Shown here: piece after piece, positions 1 through 14,044 of the stretch
Layout of the letters: each line of letters begins with the position of its first letter
How positions within the stretch are numbered: the stretch's first letter is position 1
Assembly (NCBI GenBank): GCA_951406725.2
Contig: OX597822.1
Location: 100,626,001 to 100,690,000 of the forward strand
Direction: 5' to 3'
Source: Octopus vulgaris
Lineage: Eukaryota
Length of the DNA: 64,000 nt
The notes under the pieces: model-generated
What the model saw: the letters and a program-made list of their open reading frames with translations, nothing else
The model's database searches: none
Told to the model about the DNA's origin: nothing
Made by a program: the position numbers and the translations under genes

Positions 1-1205
1 TTCTTTTTTCCTCATGAGTAGACTTGCAAATTTATTTTCAGTTATTTTCATATGCATGAATCATAACTGACAATAGGTGTTTATTTATCAGTGAGGTGGT
101 AGAACAGCTAGTGATATAGTTTTCTTTTTCTTCTTTTTTTTTTCTTGTTACACAGTCGAATGTTAGTAGGACATGGTTAGATTTTAGCTTTCTGCTTTAT
201 TTATATGTGAGGACTGATTCTTGTTGATATATTTTGAGCAGTGTTAAAAATAAAATACGTTTATATTTATAACGTTCAGTTACTGCTATCAATAGCTGAC
301 TAGGTCACCAAATTACAATTAATATAATTTATTTACACAAAGAAAATGACCAAGTGTATAGTATTGGACCAACCATCCTTAGTTTTTCTGGATGTAAGAG
401 ATAAAGACCAGAACTATTAGGTTAGTGACTTTTGTAGCCTGCAAAGGGATCATCCAGCCTATTACAGAAACCCTTATCAACTTTTTTTATATTATATAAT
501 AACGATATATTAAACAAATCATATATAGTTTGTGCATTAAAAATAGTCATGTTACACTTTTTATTGAAAATACAAAAAAATTGTTATATTTTGTAAGATT
601 ATTTAAATAAAGCTGTTAGGCGAAACTTGAAGTAAGTCTAATATTTTTAGTTTAACAGAAGGAAGAGGCTTTCAATATAACAGGAAAACCTTCAAAAACC
701 CTGCAAATTGTGTCTGCAATTTTAGTAGCCCTCTATGAAGTAAGTTAGTTGTTCCAGAGCATAGTTGATATCTAAGTTGTTTTTTTCCTAAATAACCACT
801 TGTCTTATTCAAAACTGATTTTAACCATTGATTTACACAGTCAGTATTTGAGTTAAATAGCAACAGTTAAAATCTAGTTGGATAAAAAGCATATATTTGT
901 GACCATCATAGGTGGCGGTCAGTTCACTTTTGTGAAGTGAGCCTGGCAGGAGGCTTGATATGTAAGTTTTATTTAAAGGTATTCAAGAACTGAGAGTGTT
1001 ATTTTGGAATTTAGACAATTTGTGCACCACTTCTCAAAGACACTTATAAGTTTTCTTTTTTAAGTTTCAAGTTAATTTTGATTCACCTATTGTGCCTGGA
1101 ATGTGTGATATCAATCAACTAATATTATATAATTAATGAATGCTTTTTTTTTTATTACTAATTTTAGTATTTGAATTAAAGGAATGTTTGCAAATTTATT
1201 TTTAG

Positions 1206-1371
1206 GGGACCAAATTATGGATTATTATGGAGTATCTTGGAGGTGGATCAGCACTTGATCTTATGAAAGCTGGCTTATTTCAAGAAAATGATATTGCGAT
1301 TATTTTACGAGAAATTTTAAAAGGGCTGGATTATTTACATTCTGAAAAGAAACTTCATCGAGATATCAAAG
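1206..1371 (+). CDS. GckIII: GCKIII kinase (STK24/25/26-like) internal exon, subdomains V-VIb
   Basis: tttag|GGG ACC...ATC AAA G|gtaatt; [55 protein letters not shown] matches the STK24/25/26 signature with the HRD catalytic loop; phase 0 to 1. Confidence 0.97.
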
Positions 1372-2233
1372 GTAATTTCTTCTTTTTTATCATGTTGCCA
1401 AAATGGAAGGGGAGAAAAAGAAAATGAATGAGAGATAACGAGCAAAATTTAATGGAAAATTATATAATTGGGACATTTTAGATTAACAGCTCAACACATA
1501 CTTTGATTAGAGTTTGAATTCTGTTTTTGTTATAACTGCAGTTTTTATGTTGATAAACTAGTAAAACTCTTACATACATACATACATGTCCAACCCATGC
1601 TAGCATGGAAAGTGGACGTTAAACGATGATGATGATGATAATACATACATACATACATATACACACACACACACACCATATCAGTTAATGTCTACTTTTC
1701 TGTGCTTGTATCAGTCAGGATTCATTGCCCTTCCTGTAACCAATCATCACTTATCTCCCAAAGGACTGGAAATGGATGATACCACTTGTATGACAATGAC
1801 CCTCATATAAATCACATGGTGTCAAAATGGGATGGCGGGGGGGGGGGGCATGCACACAGACAGATATCTGCAACAAAAAAGCAAAGATAGTATTAAAAAT
1901 GTATCAAAACAAAATTGTAACAAGTGGAAAAAAAAGTTAAATTGTTATAAATCATTTATTTAAGTGCTAAAGGAGCTCCTGAGTCACCCTGTATAGTTGT
2001 CTGCACTATTTCATTCTGTGATGACTTTTTACTTAAATAATCATAGATTATAGGCACAGGCATGGTTGTATTGTAAGAAGTTAGTTTTCCAGCCACATGG
2101 TTTTGGGTTCAATCCCAGTGCATGGCACCTTGGGTAAGTGTCCTCTACTATACCTTCAGGCCAACTAAAGCCTTGTTAGTAGATTTGGTAGATGGAAACT
2201 TAAAGCAGCTTGTCATATTTATATGTATGTATG

Positions 2234-2264
<31 letters not shown>

Positions 2265-2478
2265 AGCACCAACCGATCGTGGCCGTTTGCCAGCCTCGTC
2301 TGGACCCTGTGCTGGTGGCACGTAAAAAACACCCACTACACTCTAGGAGTGGTTGGTGTTAGGAAGGGCATCCAGCTGTAGAAACACTGCCAAACCAGAC
2401 TGGAGCCTGGTGCAGCCTCCATGGCTTACCGGACCCCGGTTGAACCGTCAAAATGGATGTTAAATGATGATGATTATG
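2265..2478 (+). mobile_element. Family A truncated copy
   Basis: One module + GGAAGGGCATCCAGCTGTAGAAAC core + tail. Confidence 0.85.
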
Positions 2479-2488
2479 ATATATATAT

Positions 2489-2820
2489 ATATAAAAGACG
2501 AGGTATAAATAATGGTCATTACATATTCTTTTATTTTTGTAAATACAACTTACAGTTGTTTCCGATAATCATTGTTGGATCATCCATCGATCCATTGATT
2601 AGTTGAGAAAAGTTGAATGATCCTAAAGAACTAATACTACCTTCATCAGAGTTAGAGCATGCTAATCTGACGATGGTAGCATTAGCGCTTTAAGGTTGTT
2701 CAACTTTTCTCGCCTGATCAATAGACAAACCAACAACAACTATTGGAAACAGTTGTAAATTGTATTTACAACAATAAAGGAATATGTAGATGACCAATAT
2801 TCATACCTTGTCTTGTATAT
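2489..2820. repeat. About 330-bp imperfect palindrome (foldback element)
   Basis: Arm aagacgaggtat...gagaaaagttgaa...catcaga pairs with tctgacg...ttcaacttttctc...ataccttgtctt; centre near 2655-2662. Confidence 0.85.
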
Positions 2821-3038
2821 CATCCTGTGTAGAAAACCAATTCAGCTTAGAATACAATTATGGATTTACAATATAGAATGATGATGAACTGTAACCTTGG
2901 TCTCGGCCATAGGCTTATGCAGTGTTCTTTACTAATCTAAAAATGTTGTTAGCTTTGTGTATTTGTATTAACAGAGAGCTTATAAAATATTTTGCCTGGA
3001 TTGATAATCCCTCATTAATAACTCTCTCTATCTGTATC

Positions 3039-3082
<44 letters not shown>

Positions 3083-4286
3083 TATATATATATATTATAT
3101 AAAGTTAATCCAAACAAGAAAACAAAAAGACAACAACGCAAGGATGTGGAACAAATAAAGTATTATTGGATGCTCAGGAAAGAAGAGAAGAAGGAGGGTT
3201 GTATACACACACACACACACATATACATATTTATGTATACATATATGCACACACAAACATGTATGTGTGCGTTACTCTCCTTGCTTTAACATTGCTTGAT
3301 AGTCGTAAATAAGCATCACTAATGCAGGCTCTGTCCTCCATTTCCATTATCCTGTGAAAACCTGTTTGGTTGTGGGGGAAATATTACCTTACTTGGAGAC
3401 AGGAATGGCATCTAGCCATAGAAAATATGCCTCAACAAATTCAGCCTAACCCATGCAAGGGTTAGGTTAGGAAAGTGGACACTAAAATGATGACGACTCA
3501 TAAAGGGAAATATGAACTATATAATATATGCTTGTTTCTTTTGAGAATGCACAGTAAACATTATTAAATATCTGTTTCCTATTTGCACTAATTGATTTAA
3601 ATTCTGTTGATTAGCTTGAATATAAGCCAAAGTCCTCGTGTAATATATATATATATATATATATATAGGAGAATTCAGTGGCTACTGTTATGTTAATATT
3701 ATAAATACTGCTCAAATTATCGATTACCTACAGCTAAGCTAGTTCATGAACAAGAGATTAGGCATTTTCACCACTGGAGTGAAAATAATTAACCCACCCA
3801 AAATAAGTTGTTTCCTCGTCTGATTGATGAAATTTCAAATTAGATTATCTTTTTTTTTTTTTTCATTTTTTTTTTTCTATATTTTCTCAGTTGCTAATAA
3901 ACCAGTGGGAGCATAGGCATTTCATGCAAGCTGCGGTTTCAGTTATGTGGTGTGACTGTTACTGTAAATACATTATCTTATTGACACTTCCTGACGAGTT
4001 TCAATCATGTACTTTTAATATTTTTTCTTATATCGACACTTTCTAATATGCATTAAGGGCTTCAGTATTACTGTTAGTATCTATAAATCCAGTTTGTAAC
4101 CTGTTTTAAATTCTTTTGCTCTCTCTTTATAATATATAATCATCATTTAATGTCTATTTTCGATGTTGGCAAGGGTGGGGAACGGCTTGAAAGAATGATG
4201 GTATGGTATCACATACTTCGGTTGTTACATTATACTCTGCAAATAAAAACTTCCTGGATCTATATATATATGTGACAATTACTTGG

Positions 4287-4360
4287 TAGCCAAGATAAAA
4301 CTCTGAGTTTCGGATACCGAGGTGGAAATCCACACCACCATCACTTCAGTTATCTGGCTA
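4287..4360 (-). ncRNA. Type I hammerhead ribozyme-like motif with one core defect
   Basis: Minus strand UAGCCAGAUAA CUGAAGU [stem II] C GAAA CUC A GAG UU UUAUCUUGGCUA; 11-bp stem I with one bulge; A9 missing or mutated; flanked by (TA)n. Confidence 0.55.
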
Positions 4361-6702
4361 TCTTTACCATTTTTACCTATATATATATATATATATATAT
4401 ACACACAGTCTGTAAAGAAAATTACAGATAAATATCATTAGGCAAAAACAAAACAAGTTTTTAATAATAAGAATTTCAAAAACATCAACAGATATTAGGT
4501 AAAATTCATTCAAAAATATAATCCACAAGTTTGATTCATACTGCTTTGAAATTCATGTTAATTTTTAAGTTTGTTTCATGATGTTATTACTACAGTTTGT
4601 TTATTAATATGTGTGCATATAAATACACACACACACTCACATGTGGGAGAGTATATATAAAAACAATTTAGCATTAAACTGAAGGATTGCTCAGTACTTT
4701 TTAGTACAGTACATGTTCTTTAAACTTTTGTAAGAAAAAGGTTGACAATGATTTCAAACTTTTGGTTTGCTCACCCTCATCAGACTATTACCTTACTTGA
4801 GCTTTTCCTGTCTTTGACAGGAATTATGAGCAGTGAATATAGTTATTCAATCACTTGTCATCCTTGGGATTATGACCATTTCACAGCCTTCTTCATGTAA
4901 TAATAATTTCAGTGTATGATTAATTATGTTTACATATACACTGAAATTATTATTACATAAAAAAGGTTGTGAAACAGCCATAACCTTAAGGACGACAAAT
5001 AGTTAGATAAATATATTCACCTCTTATACCTCCTGAATTTTTATAGTATATATATATATATATATATACTCGTTTCCACTAAGTCTTACCATGCTTTTGG
5101 CGGGGAAGCTAAATCACAACTATGTATGCAATCGATTGGACCGTATGGGTATTTATCGCCCGTGTTGGTCTAATAAATTGTATCAAAAACAAATGCTGCT
5201 GATGATTTATAGATAAATATGTGAGTATAATTGCATATTATGTTGATAAAGAAACAATTGTTCAGCATTAATTTATCTTTTCATTGTATTTCGCTTTCCA
5301 TACGTTGAAGGTAATGTTATTTCTTTTGTGGAAACAACTTTGGTGGCTATACCAGAATAAGGAGCTATTTCTAGCACTAGAGTTAATCACTTAACGGTAA
5401 CTCTCTTATATTTACTTATATATCATTTAAAACAGTCTGATTCACCTGATTCTGATGAGCTAGGTTCCTGTGATGAACCTGTGAAACTCAGCTGGAGACC
5501 ACAAGGTTGAAAAGTGCACCTCTTAACCATACAGCCATGCCTGAATATCTGGTGTGCTATTGGTTTGACTCTCTGTGCCTCTTTTGCAACTAACAGTTAC
5601 TTAAATCAGTGGAGAACATGCTGAATGTGGCATGTCAAACTAAATGTGTTAATAATATGTAATCTAGTGCATCACTGTTTGAATCTTTTCTGTATCAGTT
5701 GTTTCATCTTCCTGCAATTGTGAGGTAATTATGAATCCAAGATTATACTGGGACTGAATCACCGAATTCTCTCATGTTATTTTAGTGAAACATTTCAGTA
5801 TTTCTTTCATGTATAGATAATATTTAGCAAGGGTTTTCATCTGAAATTATATGATACTTCCTTACTATTTTTTTATTTTGCTGCTAGTCTTCATGTTTTT
5901 TCTTCTGTTGCTATAAGTTTATGGAATTTTTTGTTTTAAGTATATGCTCAAGATAGCTGAGATGATCTGAAAATCAAACATATATTGTAGCATTAGAACT
6001 AGCTAGTAAAGACCATCTTTCTATGGTTTTTCCCCCTTTTCTTTGTTTTGAGCAAAAGGAAAAGAGAGATAGTCAGAATGACCCTTTTTTTTATCTATAG
6101 TTGTGGAAATTGTGAACTTGTGTAGAACTTAAAATTTCTTAGCACAAATATTCCTTCGGACTCTTCGAACGATTGTTGGCAGAGTTTCCTTATAGAAATT
6201 CTCTTGTTAAATAAAATCAGTCTTAGAAAGTTCCTTTGAAATATTAGAAATTGTTAAAAAAAATAGACATGTTTCAAAGGAACACGGCAGCAAGCTGGCA
6301 GGTTTGTTACCATGCCAGAAAACATGCTTAGTAGCATTTTCTCCAACTTAATATTCTGAGTTCAAATACTGCTGGGGTCAACTTTGCCTTTCTTTCTTTC
6401 AGGGTCGATAAAATAAGAACCAGTCAAGCACTGGGGTTGACATCATTGACCCTCTCTTCTCCTGAAATTGTGCCTAAATTTGAAACCAGTATTTCAAGGG
6501 GACTTTCTAAAACAGAACTTCCATGAGGAAATTTTGCTAACAATCCTTCAATTTATTTACTTTTATGGGTTCACCCAGGGGCTGTGGTCATGCTGAGGCA
6601 CATTTTATCATTAATACTTATGACCACTTATGTAAGTCTTCTTTGTTTCACACATACTTCATAGGAGGTACTGTAGGTTTGAGTTATGCTTGGAATTAAT
6701 GA

Positions 6703-6859
6703 GTTCAAATTCCGCCGAGGTCGACTTTGCCTTTCATCCTTTCGGGGTCGATAAATTAAGTACCAGTTATGCACTGGGGTCGATGTAATCGACTTAATCC
6801 ATTTGTCTGCCCTTGTTTGTCCCCTCTGTGTCTAGCCCCTTGTGGGTAGTAAAGAAATA
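6703..6859 (+). mobile_element. SINE family B, 5'-truncated
   Basis: Matches 14885-15041; TSD ggaattaatga at 6692-6702 and 6860-6870. Confidence 0.88.
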
Positions 6860-7691
6860 GGAATTAATGATGTCACAGTTTCAGAGGTTATACTATATAG
6901 ATTTCCACATATAGAGGTCTCTCCTATATATGAAATACTGATGGGTTGTCAGTCTATATCCTGCTTGAACCATTGTAATGTTATACAAACCTAAACACCA
7001 TCTGTCTTGCAAAATCAAGCTGACACTATAATAATATGGTTCTGATCTTCTTAACACCGACTAAGGTTTCTACAGGTAATTTTCATTCTCTAATGCAAGT
7101 GTATAGGTAAATTCTACTCCACCCATTTATTTTGTCGTGTCCTAACCAAAGTATGTACCTCTCTCTGGTTTATCTGACAAACATTCATGGTTGAACGGTT
7201 ACTAGTAGAAAGGAGATCCAGTTACAGAGACCGTGCCTTGTTTATATTAATCATATATATTCTAGATTTAGGCTAATGGCAACATTGTTTTCATTCTTTC
7301 TTCCTTTTTAAATATGTTTAATATATAGCCAATACTGAAATGTACTTAGAACTTGTATTCTATTGTATAAACATAAGAAACACATTTTCTTTGTTGGTCA
7401 TGTGATATGTTTTCATTTGTTCTCTCCATCTGGTCAGGTGATACAGTATAATTAATCTCTTGATAGAGTCTGTCAGTCTCCTTTATCTGTAGCATATATT
7501 CTGTTGTCTTTCTTGTTCCATTTTCCACACCTTTACATTTTATACTAATATGTGAATTGCAGTTAAAATACTTTCAATGTGTGAATGTTTGGCTGCGTAT
7601 GAATTGATAAAATTTAAATAAACCCCAAAATATATATTTTTTTTTGTTACTCTCATTATTATTAGTACCTAAGATGTAGAAGTAAAGATCC

Positions 7692-7725
<34 letters not shown>

Positions 7726-7749
7726 TGTTTTCCAGCATGGTCAACGAAC

Positions 7750-7990
7750 ATCATCATCATATAACATCCGTTTTCCATGCTGGCATGGGTTGGACGGTTT
7801 GACTGAGGACTGGCAAGCCAGGAGGCTGCACCAGGCTCCAATCTGATCCGGCATGGTTTCTACAGCTGGACGCCCTTCCTAATGTCAACCAGTCCGAGAG
7901 TGTAGTGGGTGTTTTTTATGTGCCACCAGCACGGAAGCCAGTGGTGTGGGGGGGATGGCATCGACCACATTCAGATGGTGCTGTTTACGT
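7750..7990 (-). mobile_element. Family A truncated copy
   Basis: (CAT)n then ccatgctggcatgggttggacgg...gctggacgcccttcc, the reverse complement of the core. Confidence 0.85.
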
Positions 7991-9381
7991 GACAGACACA
8001 AACGCACACACACACATATATATATATGTATGTATATCATCATTCAATGTCCGTCTTCTATGCAGGTGTGTGTGTGTGTATATATATATATTTTAATGAC
8101 TATTATATGTACTTGGGAAAAGAATTTTAAGTTGGATTTTTATTGACATCCTTTTGACATGTATCATAACATTACTTAGGGAGAGAGTTGAAGATGTTTT
8201 AAACCATTATTTGAAATTTAAACTGTCTTAATATTTGCCAAGGACATCAAAAAGTCATCTTGTCTTTATTGATCTTTTCCTCTGGATATTTGCCAGAACT
8301 AATTTCGGAGACATTGCTGTTTGTAGTCAGCTTATCAAATTGAATATTTGCAGTAGGTTTCGAATGTCTTTAAACAAAGTAATTGTTTTTAAATGTTCTG
8401 CTCCCTCATGTTGTACTTAGGTAAAGCATTTGATTGCTGTGTAATGTCCGATGTATACAGATCTCTGTCTTTTATAAGAAAAGGATATGTTTTGTTGGTT
8501 TGTTTTAAATTTTGGAGGATATCTATCAAAACAGTTATTTTAAGCAATTAATAATTTAGTTTGTTTATGATATAAAACCTGCTTAGTTGTCCAAATTCTG
8601 AATTCAGAAATCTTTTAACTAATTCCTCTAATTCAAAGAGCTGTTGTTTTCCTTCTGAAAGTTGGATTTTTAATTTAACTTCTCTTGAGAGATGTTTTTT
8701 TAAAAATTAATGTATTATTTTCTGTTCTATTTCTTGTTTTTTTTTCCCCTATTCGTGAATCTTCCTATAATTATTCTACAAAATAATAGCATTATTGTTG
8801 AATCATTCTTTTTATGCAATCAATCATATTGATCATATTGATCTGAATATGTGGTAATGCATTCTAGACATGAGATGTCTTGAGGAATTCTTATTTTTAA
8901 CTACATCAACATTGTTTTGTCTACTACAAAGAGTAAAGATATTTCTAGAATTTCCATGTCAAAAGCAAGTTTTTGTCCTTTTTTCTATGCAGTGTTTTTT
9001 ATTAAAAGAAATTTGTTTTGTTTTTGAAGAGACTAACTTTGAATTCTCTCTACTAGTTACTATTTTAGAAGGTTGGAATTATAAAGTTGCATGAATAAGT
9101 GATCTTGAAAAAAAAAAAACTATAATTCATTTGCTGTTAAATGAAATCTACTTCAGTCTTTCCTACAGTAGTACCACTTTCCTGCTAACATTTTTTTACA
9201 TAATGTTTGTAGTTATGGTTCACAAAGAAGGTGTTCTGCACATCTGGGTTCTCTGCAGCTGCTTCCCCAATCCCACCAACACTTGCATCTTCTACTCAAA
9301 CTATGTATTTATTCATCTAAGATGATACTTTTAAATCTTATGGTTTTATACTACTATAGTAAGTCCAATTGTATAGAAATT

Positions 9382-9673
9382 TGTTTGTTTGTTCCTGGCT
9401 CATAAGGGCCGGTTTCCCGGTTTCTTGGCATATAGGTTCCCCACCTGGACGGGACGCCGGTCCATCGCAGGTGAGCTGCAAGATGCAGGAGGAAAGAGTG
9501 AGAGAAAGTTGTGGCGAAAGAGTCAGCAGAAGTTTGCCATTACCCTCTGTTGGAGCCGCGTGGAGCTTAGGTGTTTTCGCTCATAAACACACACATCGCC
9601 TGGTCTGCGATTCGAACCCGCGACCTCTCGACCGCGAGTCCGCTGCTCTAACCACTAAGCCATGTGTCCCCAC
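9382..9673 (-). mobile_element. tRNA-derived SINE family D variant with V-domain-like segment
   Basis: Minus strand tggcttagtggttagagcagcggactcgcgg...ggttcgaatc head; cctgcgatggaccggcgtcccgtccagg resembles the V-SINE domain; (CAAA)n tail; TSD tatagaaatt at 9372-9381 and 9674-9683. Confidence 0.85.
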
Positions 9674-12600
9674 TATAGAAATTGGATAGTATTTCTTTGG
9701 ATTCACAATAATTCTGTCCTTTTATATTATCTTGTATGGTTGCAAATAAACTGCTTGGTTGTTGATGCAATACTGTCAGACTTGGAAGTTACTCTAGAAC
9801 TTGCTTTATTTCTTTAACCAACTTTAAAGTTTATGGTTTCAAAAATAATAAAATAGTCTGTTAAATTCTTTAGGGCAAACAAAACAGCATTGATATCTAT
9901 AAGAAACTGATATAGGCTATTTGTTTATGTTGAGCTTTCTGAAATGTGCAGTAAATTCAAGTGATAGTACAAAACTAATTTCCTTTTGTATATTTGTAGT
10001 GGTTATATTTTCTGCTGCTGCAATAAAGTGAAATATCTGAGAAAGATGACTGTATAGAACTAAATCAGTTCTAATAGTTTAAAAGTGAATTAAAATTTCT
10101 AAAAAAATTTGATACTTTATCCATATGCACTCACTGATAGTCCAACCTTATTAAAATGTAAGGAATGTTTCCCTTCAAAGTTACTCATCTAAGTTGAACA
10201 TGTTTTTTATTTTAACTTCAAGAATCCATTGAGCAGTGGTATTTATTTATGTCTGAGTTCAGTCCCACTGTGCAGCACTTTGGGCAGAAGATGTCTTCTG
10301 CTATAACCCTGTGCTGACCAAAGCCTTGTGATTCGATTTAATAGTTTAGAAACTGAAACACATCCTGTGTTAGTGTGTTCGTGTTTATTATCTCTTTGTG
10401 TGGATTTGGAACTCTGATTGTAAACAGATATCATTATCATACAAGCAGTGCTTTTCATTTGCAATCTTTCCTGAAAACCTCTTTGACCATGTTTGAAGAA
10501 CTAAAGGAATTACTACTTTTCTTGAAAACAGGTGAGGGTTGGTGACAGGAAGATCATTTGGCTATTGATAATCTATCTCAACAAATCTCATCTAAACCAT
10601 GCAAGCGTGGAAAAGTTGAAGTTAAAATGATGATATTTATAAACTGTAGATAAAGAAAATGTTTGATAAATAGAGATTATGGAAAATTACGTTTACAATG
10701 TAAAACTATTTAGAGGTGTTCTGCTAATCTGCTAATAATACTATGGTGTTACTTGCTACCTACTTCAAAGCTTATCAGGTTTATGTCACTAGATATACTA
10801 CTATCAACTTCCTTGTACGTGTATTAGTTATTTTAGTTTTTATCTGTATTCTTGAAGATTTTATTCCGTTATTCATTCTTAGAAATGATTTATAATCAGA
10901 TTATTTCCTTATGTAACATACACACATAATCCTGTGATGATAATACTGCCTGATGAAACATGATAAATCTCAATATCATATTTTATTTGTATATTTAAAA
11001 AAAACAAAAAAACTCTAGTTGCCAAAAATACAAAATATATAAAATTATGTATAAAACTTTCAGATTTTGCTATGCCATGTTAAGAGGGGAGAGATAGGTG
11101 TGTTCAAATGATTCAAGTGGTAATTGATTCCACATTTAGGTACATTAAGAATTATACAGTAGTAAATTCAATGAGGGATTTGGATCTCGATTAGGCTTTC
11201 ATTGAATAAGGTTCCATTTTCAACCATCTTTTTTTTTCCATCTTGAAACCCTTGCAATACACTTCAGAGAGGATACTTCTAGAAGTTTCTAAACAGTTTA
11301 ATTTGTGCTATGATGTACAGGCAAGTGAAAATCAGCAGTATTTAGTTCATTTAAAAATTATCTCAAATTAAATAATGTATCTATTCATTTATAATATGTT
11401 CTGGCAGATCTGAACATGAATATTTGATTGCTTTTGCATGTTGTCATTGAAGTGCACTCCTGTTCTTTAGACAATATGCATTCATGATACATGCAATTCA
11501 CCAGTGTAAGGGGAATTTAAGACACTTGCAATGTTTTAACTTATTGTGTGTGTCTCCTATGTCAAAGTTATCCCAGCAGACCAATGAATCTAGCAAGAGC
11601 ATAACATGAGCTCTCACTTAAATAAATCAGCAAACAAATTATTTACTGATGCATACTGATACTTGTCAAACAGATACTAATTCATGGGGTGGGTGCACAG
11701 CAGCAGGAATCCAAACAACAACATCTCTATTCGTTCTTAATATGTCCTGACAGGTTCGAACCTAATATCTGATTACTGTCGTTTTTCTTCATAGGAGAAT
11801 ACTGCCTCTCTCCTTTGGGTGAAATGTGTTCATAACATGTGTGATTCACCAATGTAAGAGGACTACACAGGATTAAATATTTTGGATTAATCTAGCTAGT
11901 TACTTACCAGAGAAAGCATTGCAGTTGATAATCTGCAGACAGTTTTAGACCACACAACCATTGGAATATGCAGCTATATAATAGTAATGATTATGATAGA
12001 CAGTTGTTATGTTCAGAAGTAACTATTTATTTAGTGCCTAAAGTTTAGCAGTTAAATATCCTGTTTAGGTATTAAGTTCTTTCTATTTAATAGCTAAAAG
12101 AAATTCATCATGGTCTAAATTGTGTTTGGAACAATAAAGTACTAAACTAGATGCCAACCAATATCAGTGTCATTACTTTAGGATCAACTTTCCCATGCCT
12201 ACGTAAGTCAGACGGGTTTCTTTGAGGGAGATATTCAACCTTGTCACCAACCTTCACCTGTTTCCAAGTAAGGTAATATTTTGCCATATGTTCACAGAAG
12301 ATTGGAACTGAAGGATGGTGCTATTTGTTTACAAGTATTGCACAATGTCACAACAAGGAGACACTAACACACTCATGCACACATATATGCATGTATTTAT
12401 ATGATTAGCTTCTTTCAGTTTTCCTCTCTCAAATTCACTTGCCAAGCTTTGATCAGCGTAGAGCTATAGTAGAATGACATTTGCCCAAGGTACCACATAG
12501 TGGGGCTCAACCCCAAACTAAATGGTTGGGAAACAAACTTCTTAATTACACAGTCACATCCTCTATCCTCTTATATTAATGCTTTCAGAAGCATTAATAG

Positions 12601-13254
12601 AATAGAAGATAATAGATTTGAATGACCCATAGTACTTGGCTCATATTTATATTATTGATTATTGGTGCGTAAAAAGGTAAAGCGGACCTATATACTATGT
12701 CATTTAGTTAGGCACTATTTCTCTCTTAACCACTTACTACCTTATAAAATAAATCATAATACTAAAGGATAACTACATCCTGTATTCAGGCTTCCTCACA
12801 GTTTTACATCTAGCAGCATCTATTTACAAGCTTTTGGTTAGCCTGAGGTTACAAAAGAAAAAAAAAATCCATGGTGCTGTGCAGTGATATCAAATCTGGA
12901 ACCACATGACTGAAAAGTGGACTTAACAACTTAACCAATGCTTAACCATTCTTTGTTACATATTTTAATTTTAAGTGGAAAATACTTTTGTGTACTTTAA
13001 ATCTGAAAAGAAATTTTAACACTTTTGTTCCTATATTTTTGTTGAAATATACTGCCTTAATGCTGAAAATAGTGCAGAATTTATTTAAAAAAAAAAAACT
13101 TTGTCATTACTAAACCAGTGTTTGGAATATAAATTAACATGAAATTCGATGGAAGGTTTTAATTTAGATCACTTTCAGATGGAGGTTCGTATCATAAAAT
13201 CAAAGGTAGTCTCAGGTTGATTAGTATCAAAAGGGTTAAAAGAAATCCCTTTGT

Positions 13255-13594
13255 TACCCGATCATGATCGTTGCCAGAGCAGCCAACTGGCTTCCATACC
13301 CGTGGCACGTAAAAGGGCACCATTCGAGCGTGATCGTTACCAATGTCGCTTCACTGGCACGTGTAAAAAAAGATTCAAGCGAGGTCGTTGCCAGTACCGC
13401 CTGTGCCGGTGGCACGTAAAAAGCACCCACTACACTCTCGGAGTGGCTGGCATTAGGAAGGGCATCCAGCTGTAGAAACTCTGCCAGATAAAGATTGGAG
13501 CCTGGTGCAGCCATCTGGTTCACCAGCCCTCAGTCAAATTCGTCCAACCCATGCTAGCATGGAAAGCGGACGTTAAACGATGATGATGATGATG
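13255..13594 (+). mobile_element. Family A copy with about three divergent modules
   Basis: Repeated ggcacgtaaaa modules, core and (GAT)n tail. Confidence 0.88.
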
Positions 13595-14044
13595 TGTTAA
13601 ATCTGTTTAGTTGAGAGGTTATGTTTTTTCTAAATAAATTAACTGCTATCAGTCAAGTTATTATTGATTGATTTATTTGCCGCATCCCACTTGTCTCACA
13701 TAACTCTAAATTTACTTTATGAATTTTGATTTTTGGCAGACTTGGCAAACCACTATTTAATCTTTTTAATTGTGATAAAAATTAAGACTTTCAGTATTAA
13801 ACAGATGAAATCTATAAGATCAAGAGTTGTGAGTGGGCAAAGTGTTCTGTCCAGATGACTGCATACTCCCAGCACATGACTAAGTTCTAGAGAAGCATTT
13901 GGTATGACAGTGTAGGCATTGAAAGTGGAACAGATTGGGTATTTTATCAATTATTTTGGTGCCTGGATATTATAGACTCAAACCTTGCAGGAACCAACAA
14001 TAGTTTTCATAACATGTCATTAAGTATATGCTTTTTTGACTAAT

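Noticed and set aside
1372-1427. ORF-track extension [18 protein letters not shown], and similar intronic tails on ORFs 19957, 24572 and 42793
   Set aside because: Read-through past clear splice sites; kinase homology stops at the exon boundary.
8110-9090. Decayed LINE on the minus strand (IFNSLP-like text near 8175-8200)
   Set aside because: One short motif only; boundaries and family cannot be supported.
9600-9670. tRNA genes at SINE heads (also 29780-29826, 50033-50100, 39178-39245)
   Set aside because: A/B boxes are present but there is no full cloverleaf, and they continue into SINE bodies.
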